Source: an uncultured delta proteobacterium
GTDB taxonomy: Bacteria > Desulfobacterota > Desulfobacteria > Desulfobacterales > JAHEIW01
DNA length: 64,000 nt
NCBI GenBank assembly: GCA_963706575.1
Contig: CAVPNL010000012.1
Span: 1 to 64,000, forward strand
Direction of reading: 5' to 3'
In this document: positions 19,282-26,601 of the stretch, piece by piece
How positions within the stretch are numbered: the stretch's first letter is position 1
Layout: every line of letters starts with the position of its first letter
The notes under the pieces: generated by a model
Database searches by the model: none
Seen by the model: only the letters and a program-made list of their open reading frames with translations
What the model was told of the DNA's origin: nothing
Translations under genes and position numbers: made by a program

Positions 19282-20367
19282 TCAAAAATTCATATAGCTC
19301 ATCAAAAGCAGCCATCTGGGCAAACATTTATCCAAAGTTAGCGGTTCACATAAATGGGGATCAATGCTTTTGACAGCCTGTTTGGCTTTATCGGTAAACA
19401 GAACCGTTCCATCTTGCGTAATCGTTTCAACACCATCATGGCGGGCAAGGTGCCATTGAAAATCCACAGCCTCCTGCAAATCCACCTTATCAGGCAAATC
19501 AAGCTCGACCTGTCCATCATTTATAACTACCGGATAGCCTCCGGGCAATGCTTTAGGGGCCGGTACAGAAAAGCGCAGCGGTTCGGCTCCGGGTAATAAG
19601 GCTAATATGGCAGGCAGAGCGGCTGCAGCGGTAATAATGTTGAAATCGATACCAGGGGTTATAGGGTATCCCTGGTAGGCCAATTCATCGGCACGCCGAC
19701 CCTCTTCTCCCAGGTAAACCCGACAATATTCCCCAGGAGCATTCGGCATCTCGGCTTGCATGACGTTGTAAACTTGATTATGATGGCCGATAAGCCTGAT
19801 TAAAGGAAATGAATCGACCAAACCCTCCTCATGCTTTCGGTTCTTTCGTATTGCAGCGCGCACCCGAAGGTGTGAAATGCTCACATTCCCCAGCCCGATT
19901 GTCGGCGCAAGCCCAAAACGATCAAGAACTGCATGTGAAACATCCGGAAAAGATAGATTGGCTACCGGTCCATTGAAATCTATTTCACGAATTGCTTTCA
20001 TGACTGTTGACAGAATTGGTAGCTGTGCAGGCAGTTGAACGCCTAATCCGGCCTGTGACAGTGCCTTTGCTATCTTATCTGTTCGCCCGTGCATCGCCCA
20101 GGGACTCGTCAAACTAGCCGATTGGACGACCATATCCGGTTTTTCATTGTGAAGCAGTTCCTCCACTTTTTTTTGCTGCAATCCGTTCAATTCAATAAAT
20201 TTAACCTCGCAGTCGTAACATGAATCCAACATCCCTGCTATGTCGGGACCCCCTTCCGGCGATATATCAGCCAGAATTAATTCATCCACCTTTCCTGATC
20301 TCGCTAGCCCATCGGCTATCTTCAGGCCGGCATTTCCTACGCCAATAATAAGAATACGACCCCCCAT
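19282..20367 (-). CDS. Rossmann-fold NAD(P)-binding hypothetical oxidoreductase
   Basis: AGGAGG RBS before ATG 20367; IIGVGNAG; NLSFPD; GLGN; LPGGYPV. Confidence 0.7.
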   Translation of the reverse strand: MGGRILIIGVGNAGLKIADGLARSGKVDELILADISPEGGPDIAGMLDSCYDCEVKFIELNGLQQKKVEELLHNEKPDMVVQSASLTSPWAMHGRTDKIAKALSQAGLGVQLPAQLPILSTVMKAIREIDFNGPVANLSFPDVSHAVLDRFGLAPTIGLGNVSISHLRVRAAIRKNRKHEEGLVDSFPLIRLIGHHNQVYNVMQAEMPNAPGEYCRVYLGEEGRRADELAYQGYPITPGIDFNIITAAAALPAILALLPGAEPLRFSVPAPKALPGGYPVVINDGQVELDLPDKVDLQEAVDFQWHLARHDGVETITQDGTVLFTDKAKQAVKSIDPHLCEPLTLDKCLPRWLLLMSYMNF

Positions 20368-20468
20368 TAAAGCCTCCTGATTGAGATAATCTAAAAATCG
20401 TCTTTTTATCGGATCTGCACAGGTTATCAACGCCCCGGACGACTTGCAATCGTGCTCAAGGACCCCGT

Positions 20469-20487
20469 TTGCATAATGCATATGCAA
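20469..20487. promoter_or_regulatory. Palindromic operator candidate
   Basis: TTGCATA-ATGCA-TATGCAA in the divergent intergenic region. Confidence 0.35.
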
Positions 20488-20544
20488 ATCTTCACCATTT
20501 TGCAAGGACCGAAATTGGCGTTTCCTGAAAGGGATTATGTATTA

Positions 20545-20680
20545 TTGACTTTGCAAAAACGGGTATGCTAAAAATTTTAGACAGATTTCAAAAGCGCCAA
20601 TTCGAACTTAAAGGTAGCCATGGATTGAATATATAAACCCCATTTCTCAATTTGAGATATGGGATTATATTTTTGGGCGC
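20545..20680 (+). ncRNA. Candidate leader/sRNA: promoter plus terminator-like hairpin (copy A)
   Basis: TTGACT-18-TAAAAA; CCCATTTCTCAA/TTGAGATATGGG hairpin; homologous to 41437-41593. Confidence 0.4.
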
Positions 20681-20748
20681 ACCGCTAAAAGGATAAGTGC
20701 GGAGGTTAGCCATGAAAGCAGATTTAATTTTTAAAAAGGAGGCTCTTG

Positions 20749-20909
20749 ATGGAAATCGTTAAGATTGTCGGTGACGTCTCCTGGCGTCCTCATCCTCTCC
20801 ACTGAAGCCCGGTGTGGTTGTCAGAGTGCCCAAAGGCACAAAGCACCGAATCTTCAATGTGACTGAAGAATTGTTGGTTTATGATGTATTTCAGCCGGCT
20901 ACACTATAG
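20749..20909 (+). pseudogene. Cupin gene with internal deletion
   Basis: AGGAGG RBS; MEIVKIVGDVSWRPHP joined out of frame to PLKPGVVVRVPKGTKHRIFNVTEELLVYDVFQPATL. Confidence 0.65.
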
Positions 20910-20936
20910 AAATGGATTCATAACCAGGGACCTCCC

Positions 20937-21185
20937 ATGCGCATCCTATTTCATTATTCATTTGCAATTGTTGTCCTGACGATATACGGGGGGCAGGTCT
21001 GACCGTTTATGGCAACCCTGCCCCCCGTGAATCTGGGGGTAATACTTTTGCTGTCGTTTTTAGCCGTCTGGGCTTCTCGAAAACCGCTCGAACGGCTGTT
21101 TGTCCTGCCGGCGGCACAGACGTCCCAGCCCAAACGCCAGCTCATGATGGATCTTTCTTCTCTGAAAAATAAGCAACACGGTTGA
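20937..21185 (+). pseudogene. Truncated membrane protein N-terminus with in-frame UGA (probable selenocysteine)
   Basis: MRILFHYSFAIVVLTIYGGQV-TGA(21000)-PFMATLPPVNLGVILLLSFLAVW...; hairpin at 21019-21041. Confidence 0.6.
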
Positions 21186-21270
21186 ATCCGGACTTGGATA
21201 GGATTGCAGGGCGACCCTCTTATCGCCATTAAAGCAGGATGCCCGTTTTATTTAAACAAGGATTTAAACG

Positions 21271-21537
21271 ATGACAGAAATGACGGTTAAACTTATTGAA
21301 GAGACTTTGCGAAAAGAGGTCCAGAAGATAGATAAAAGCGTTCAGGTAGTGGCGGTTGAGCAGAGCAAAAAAAAGAACTTTTATCGAATAACCCTGCTCA
21401 AAGATGGGAAGTCTGGCAGTGCAGAACTGAAAAAGGATGTAATCAAGCAATACCTTGACCGCGAAGGAAAGAGCAAGGGGCTAAGAAGGGCGCTGGGCAA
21501 GGCGGTCAGCCATTTGAGCATAAGGTACAAGCGATAG
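21271..21537 (+). CDS. Hypothetical basic protein
   Basis: AAGGA RBS; 88-aa ORF with protein-like composition. Confidence 0.7.
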   Translation: MTEMTVKLIEETLRKEVQKIDKSVQVVAVEQSKKKNFYRITLLKDGKSGSAELKKDVIKQYLDREGKSKGLRRALGKAVSHLSIRYKR

Positions 21538-21621
21538 CTCAGTTTCCCATATGCTTCTGACGCCGCATTGCCCTGACAGGCTATCTTCACCAGCCAAAAT
21601 TCAAATATCCGCACCTCGGAC

Positions 21622-22098
21622 TCATGCTTCTGCTTTTTTAGCTGTCGATTCTTCAGCTGAAAGTGTTTTTCGGGGCTCTTCGGTAATGAGTTCAACCGAT
21701 CCTTTGAAAAAAGCACCATTTTCTACTGCTATGCTTTTTGCGAGAATGTCACCCTGAAAATCGGCCTCTCTGGTAATTTCAATCTTGCCCGATGTCTTGA
21801 TATTGCCCTTCATCCGGCCGCTAATGCTTATGTTGCGGGCATGAATTTCGCCCTCAATCCTTCCAGCGGAACCCAGAGAAAAATTATGAGTTTCCATCTC
21901 GATGTTTCCCTTAACCGACCCGTCAATGACCATGTGTTCCCTGCCACGGATGTTACCTTCAATGGTGATATCTTTGCCAATAATAGTCTTTTCTTTACTT
22001 AATTTATGACTCGAGTCCTTGGAGTAAGTTTGCAGTTCGAGAAATTTTGCGGAACCGGATTTTTTGCCGTTCGTAAAATTTTTATTCGTTTTTAACAT
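21622..22098 (-). CDS. Bactofilin
   Basis: TIIGKDITIEGNI...IDGSVKG...VENGAFFKG. Confidence 0.92.
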   Translation of the reverse strand: MLKTNKNFTNGKKSGSAKFLELQTYSKDSSHKLSKEKTIIGKDITIEGNIRGREHMVIDGSVKGNIEMETHNFSLGSAGRIEGEIHARNISISGRMKGNIKTSGKIEITREADFQGDILAKSIAVENGAFFKGSVELITEEPRKTLSAEESTAKKAEA

Positions 22099-22113
22099 AT
22101 GCTCGCTCCTTTG

Positions 22114-23328
22114 CTAGGTTGTCATGATGTTTAAAATCTTCTGAAAACTCTGGCGAAGTTTCGGGACCCGGTCGTAAATGTTGTTTATTTCGTTGATCGT
22201 CAATCCGTCCAGAGTCATCGATTCTGAACTGATTTGATCTTTAGCTTCGCTGCGCATCAGGTTTGTTTTTTGAAGAAGATCAGCGCGGTTCAGACTCTGA
22301 TCTCGATCTAAAAGAATAGCTGCCAGCATCTGATGGATCGCCTTGCTGGGCTGGCATCGAGGATACTCAACAATGATGGGGGTAAAACTTCGTGCTGCTC
22401 TACGAGCAAGCTTATCAAACGGCATCGTTCCCAGAATCCCGACATTCAGGAAACATTTCTCTTCCAAAACATGCCGCATCGATTCCGCAATTTGAAAATC
22501 TTTGCGATTTTCGGCCATATTTACCACAAGGGAGACGCAGAACCGATCATACCGCTCCCTTATTTTATTGTATGCAGATTCGTCCCGCTCACGAACTTCC
22601 TTAAAAATCAATTCCAGAGAAGCGCCGTTTGATTGCCCCCAGGAACCATTTTTGATTTTTTGGGCAAAATCTTTAAGGGATTTGTGTTTTGAGAAAGACC
22701 GTTCCAATAAACGGTAGGCAGCTACTTTTACAAAACTATAGCTGTCTAAAATCGAAGCCGGTTCTGTGCCGCTCATGACAATCTTGTGGTCGGCAAAAAG
22801 AAAGAAATCAAGCGCATTGTAGGATGAGTTGCCGCCGAGATCGAGAATCAGATAATCGCCTTTCATTTCTCGTAAATGCCGCATAATTTTGCGCTTCTGG
22901 GAATAAGGGAGGTTTTCGCTACCCAGTCTCGAGGAATCTCCGCCTATTAGCTTCAAGCCTTCATAGGGGGTGGGCGTCATGATATCTTCAATTGAATCTA
23001 CCTTCTTATCCAGAAAATCGTTCCACGTCTTTGAAAGAGATTTGACCCCCAGATAAAGATGCACATCGGCCCCCCCCAGGTCGAGATCCGCCAGCACCAC
23101 TTCCTGTCCTAAAAGGGCCAGGCCTACAGCCAGGTTTGCCGCAAGGGCTGATTTGCCGACGCCGCCTTTGGCGCCACCGACGGCGATAATCGTCTTATCC
23201 GACGTATCGGTCCCGGAGGCTTCCTGATTCATTTGAAGCTCTTCAAGTTGCTGTTTATTCTCCGCATTTTCCACGGCGCCGAATTCTGCGCGGTCAGTTT
23301 CGACCACGCTGTCATGATCAAATGTCAT
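22114..23328 (-). CDS. MinD/FlhG-family ATPase (start probably ATG 23328 rather than 23589)
   Basis: GGAKGGVGKS, DLDLGG, DLGG and EPASILDSY motifs; sigma-54 site lies inside the longer ORF call. Confidence 0.88.
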   Translation of the reverse strand: MTFDHDSVVETDRAEFGAVENAENKQQLEELQMNQEASGTDTSDKTIIAVGGAKGGVGKSALAANLAVGLALLGQEVVLADLDLGGADVHLYLGVKSLSKTWNDFLDKKVDSIEDIMTPTPYEGLKLIGGDSSRLGSENLPYSQKRKIMRHLREMKGDYLILDLGGNSSYNALDFFLFADHKIVMSGTEPASILDSYSFVKVAAYRLLERSFSKHKSLKDFAQKIKNGSWGQSNGASLELIFKEVRERDESAYNKIRERYDRFCVSLVVNMAENRKDFQIAESMRHVLEEKCFLNVGILGTMPFDKLARRAARSFTPIIVEYPRCQPSKAIHQMLAAILLDRDQSLNRADLLQKTNLMRSEAKDQISSESMTLDGLTINEINNIYDRVPKLRQSFQKILNIMTT

Positions 23329-23419
23329 ATCTTCATTCCCCAATTTTTGTGAATTAAACAGAAAGGAAACTTCGTTCGGATCAAGAAGCGGATTCCGGTT
23401 TTTCGAATATGAACCAATT

Positions 23420-23435
23420 TGCAAACTATATGCCA
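23420..23435 (-). promoter_or_regulatory. Sigma-54 promoter of the MinD-bactofilin operon
   Basis: TGGCAT-ATAGT-TTGCA, near-perfect consensus. Confidence 0.8.
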
Positions 23436-23698
23436 GAACATCATAAAAATATGGATCGTTTAATTTCCAAACATTATGATTACTTGGGTGAATCAGTGAT
23501 GCAGGTGGGCGAAGCGGAACGTCAAATAATTGGCAATTCGTGCAAAAATTTTGTTTCTGCCGGTAAAACATGCCGGCCGCAAAAACCAAAAAGGGACGGA
23601 TTTAACAATTTGCTATCTAATATTGAAACTGATCTCCCGGTGATTTATGATAGATGCTCGTTCGCATGTTGGAACCAAATATAGCTAAGGAGCATCGT

Positions 23699-23869
23699 AT
23701 GGATTACGAAATTAAAACTGTTAAAATGGATACCGAGTTTAAGATCTGTCCGTCATGTGGTTACACAGATGGTTTTCATTCTATGTTCACGAGGGATGAT
23801 GGTATCACCAAATGGCTTTTTATCTGTCCATCCTGTCATAACGTTTTTGATATCGGGTTTACTATATAA
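23699..23869 (+). CDS. 56-aa zinc-ribbon protein
   Basis: AAGGAG RBS; CPSCGYTDGFH...CPSC. Confidence 0.8.
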   Translation: MDYEIKTVKMDTEFKICPSCGYTDGFHSMFTRDDGITKWLFICPSCHNVFDIGFTI

Positions 23870-24106
23870 GATACAGGGTGTATGGTATTCGCCAGATGGC
23901 TACGGAGGACAAGTAAGGTATAGGGTCCAGGGTGCAAACAAGGTTCAGGAATTAAAAAAAATAGGTATGGGGCGCCCTTGGATAGTTCAGGTAGAGCTTA
24001 TGGATTACCGATCAATTAAGTGGGAGCATGGATATCGGTCAAATCCTGATTTGGGGAGTGTGATGATTTACAAAAAAATTGTCGCAAGAAGATTCGAGGG
24101 GTTGCA

Positions 24107-24925
24107 ATGGGCCTAAAAGATGAATTCAAAAAGATGATTACAGAATTAACGACAAAATTCACCCTTCCACCAATAGCAAACATTTTCATGCCGCCTTTCT
24201 ATAAAGGCGGCCAACCAAAAGATGCCCAGTTTATGGCCATTAGCCTTGAAGGCGGGGCGGTCGGTGTCAGTTTTGTTCTTCTGCCTGATGAAAAAATGGA
24301 AGAATACACTGCTTTACAACCATCGGATTTTGTCGGAAAAAACCCGCGTAGATTTGCGCTTGAATTTGGCAATGACGACCCACTTAAAGAGATGATCAGT
24401 CTGGCGGCCATTAACGCAATTTGTCAGCATGTGATGAGGGAGACCAATTTCGCGGTTGATTATGCTACCGATTCACTGGGGCTGTTGTCGGTCTCCGAAG
24501 GAGACAGGGTCGGCATGGTCGGGTTGTTCTCCGGTTTGATTAAGACCATCAAGAAGGCCAACGCTGAACTGGTTGTCATTGAAAAAAATGAACAGTTGAT
24601 TCAAAAATTTCCCGATTTGCCAATTACCATGGATGCGACGAAATTGGGCACATGCAATAAGATCCTGTGCACCAGTACGACCATATTGAACAATTCACTG
24701 GATGAGATTCTTGCCCATTGCTCACCGGATGCATTTGTCTCTGTTATCGGTCCTACGGCGGGATATTTCCCGGACCCACTTTTTGTCCGCGGTGTCGATG
24801 TTGTGGGTGGAAGAGTAGTAGAAAACGGCGAATTGTTTTTGCAGCTGCTGGCAGAAAGAAAACGCTGGGGAGCAGCTACACAAAGGACCTGTTTTCAGAA
24901 ACAGACCTACGCCGGTATAATTTAA
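24107..24925 (+). CDS. DUF364/Rossmann-like putative metal-chelation protein
   Basis: LAAINA, VGMVGLF, TILNNSLDEIL, IGPTA and GVDVVGG motifs. Confidence 0.8.
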   Translation: MGLKDEFKKMITELTTKFTLPPIANIFMPPFYKGGQPKDAQFMAISLEGGAVGVSFVLLPDEKMEEYTALQPSDFVGKNPRRFALEFGNDDPLKEMISLAAINAICQHVMRETNFAVDYATDSLGLLSVSEGDRVGMVGLFSGLIKTIKKANAELVVIEKNEQLIQKFPDLPITMDATKLGTCNKILCTSTTILNNSLDEILAHCSPDAFVSVIGPTAGYFPDPLFVRGVDVVGGRVVENGELFLQLLAERKRWGAATQRTCFQKQTYAGII

Positions 24926-24932
24926 TTGCTGA

Positions 24933-25298
24933 TTAGAAGGTCTCAACCTCCTCCACAGCCACCTTTACCACATTTTTCACCTCCATGTTTTTCGCAGCAT
25001 ACTCAGCGACTATTTGCTCGAAGAGTTCACCTGAGTCGAGGATACTGCCCTGCCCCCAAATGCGGCAGCCCTTTCGCGCTGTGGCATCCAAACAGATAAC
25101 GGCCACCTGGGGATTCTCCCTGATGTTGGCGACAGTTCGGGGAGAGGCAATGTGAGCAAATACAACATGCTCATCATCCAGAACGCGCAGTGACCCCTTG
25201 GCAGAGACATTTGGCTTTCCGGCCCCACTTGCCGTGGCCACCAGCGACGGGCGGATTTCGGCGATCGCCTTTTTGGCTTCGTCTGTCAACTTTGTCAT
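24933..25298 (-). CDS. Pyridoxamine 5'-phosphate oxidase-like FMN-binding protein
   Basis: VATAS..GKPNVSAKGS; RTVANIRENP. Confidence 0.88.
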   Translation of the reverse strand: MTKLTDEAKKAIAEIRPSLVATASGAGKPNVSAKGSLRVLDDEHVVFAHIASPRTVANIRENPQVAVICLDATARKGCRIWGQGSILDSGELFEQIVAEYAAKNMEVKNVVKVAVEEVETF

Positions 25299-25368
25299 TA
25301 TAACCTCCTTATTTTCAATTCTTTAAATCCCTTTTTGGGCAGAGGAAGGGATTGTCAGCCTCTCTTTT

Positions 25369-25752
25369 TCACATGAGTTTCTCAAGGGTAGCTCTGGTTG
25401 CCCATCTAAAAAATACCATAACATATTTACCCCCTGCTAAATACATTCCCGCTAAAAATACCAGATGTGCGATTATAAGCAAGAGGGGACCTCCTATAAT
25501 AATTAGCAAGGGTTCGTGCCAGTGAATAGATAAGGCGCCGATCAACCCTACCGCCGGCAAGCCAATGATATAGCTGCAGCACATTAGAAAGATTCCTAAA
25601 AAATTTTTAGCGGTGGGCTTCTCTTTAAATGCACTGAGGTCTGCACCATTTTTGATGGCCCTGCTTGCAAATTTCGTTTTGGCGATGCGGTTGGCTAATT
25701 TTTTAATTATGTTCAATGAACAAAACCCTCTGGAAAACTTAGGGAGAACCAT
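25369..25752 (-). CDS. Hypothetical 2-TM membrane protein (start uncertain)
   Basis: Two hydrophobic segments; coupled to the upstream methyltransferase. Confidence 0.7.
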   Translation of the reverse strand: MVLPKFSRGFCSLNIIKKLANRIAKTKFASRAIKNGADLSAFKEKPTAKNFLGIFLMCCSYIIGLPAVGLIGALSIHWHEPLLIIIGGPLLLIIAHLVFLAGMYLAGGKYVMVFFRWATRATLEKLM

Positions 25753-26293
25753 TTTTAAAAACAGCCGATCGGCTAAACTTTATGGATGGCGCCTCACAAA
25801 AATTCAGACCTGACGCTTGAGCTAAAGCCACACTCTCCTGGAAGCGCTTTGGTGAAACATGAAACCTGGGTTCGACGATAAGAATCCTTCCATCTGGCTT
25901 GAGGCAGACACAAATCTGATGAAAGAATAATTTCAGGTCAGAAACTTCATGCACCATCCAGAAAGCGAGAATGAAATCAACCGGCGTGTCAACGCCAAGG
26001 TTGTTCGGTTCGCTTCTATGAGGACGGATTCTGCTCGCAACACCTGCTTTTTCAGAACGCTTTTGCATCACGCCCAACATCTTCGGCTGGACATCAGCGG
26101 CAATGACGCAACCCATATTGCCGACGAGTTTGGCAAGACCAATGGAAAAGAATCCCATCCCACAGCCCACATCCAAAATTGTCATGCCTTTGGACACATA
26201 TGAACCCAGCATTTTCTCAGGATTGTGGAAAAAGCGCCGAAACCGATTGTCAAATGTGTATGCGAACCACCACGGGCAAATATGGTCGCCCAT
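25739..26293 (-). CDS. Class I SAM-dependent methyltransferase
   Basis: HICPWW; LDVGCGMG; FWMVHEV; LKPDG. Confidence 0.9.
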   Translation of the reverse strand: MGDHICPWWFAYTFDNRFRRFFHNPEKMLGSYVSKGMTILDVGCGMGFFSIGLAKLVGNMGCVIAADVQPKMLGVMQKRSEKAGVASRIRPHRSEPNNLGVDTPVDFILAFWMVHEVSDLKLFFHQICVCLKPDGRILIVEPRFHVSPKRFQESVALAQASGLNFCEAPSIKFSRSAVFKNGSP

Positions 26294-26414
26294 TTAAAAG
26301 CCCTCCATAGGGATTAATGGGTTTTGGTATAGGAAGATATAGAGGTCAAATCTTGATTAGAAGTGGTCTCTCCTTCGGTAGCAGCCCTTGCGGCCGGAGA
26401 TTGTGCCTGGGTTC

Positions 26415-26601
26415 TAGTGTTGTGTCTTACAAATAAGTTACAAAATGATTGTCACTCCCGCGCAGAGCCTGCCACCGTGTAGATGGGGGCGGGAGTCGAG
26501 TTCAAAGTCGCCTGGATTCCCGCCTGCGCGGGAATGACGGATGTGTAAAACGCCTCAGGAATTAACAATATTTTCGACAATATTTCTGGGACACAACACT
26601 A
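26415..26601. mobile_element. MITE (family B) with nested dRS3-like REP
   Basis: TIR TAGTGTTGTGTC / GACACAACACTA; internal GTCACTCCCGCGCAG...ATTCCCGCCTGCGCGGGAATGAC. Confidence 0.7.

Noticed and set aside
23329..23589. 87-aa N-terminal extension of the MinD ORF
   Set aside because: Non-protein-like and contains the sigma-54 promoter
23757..24116. 119-aa ORF
   Set aside because: Overlaps the Zn-ribbon gene and a REP-like repeat; no motifs
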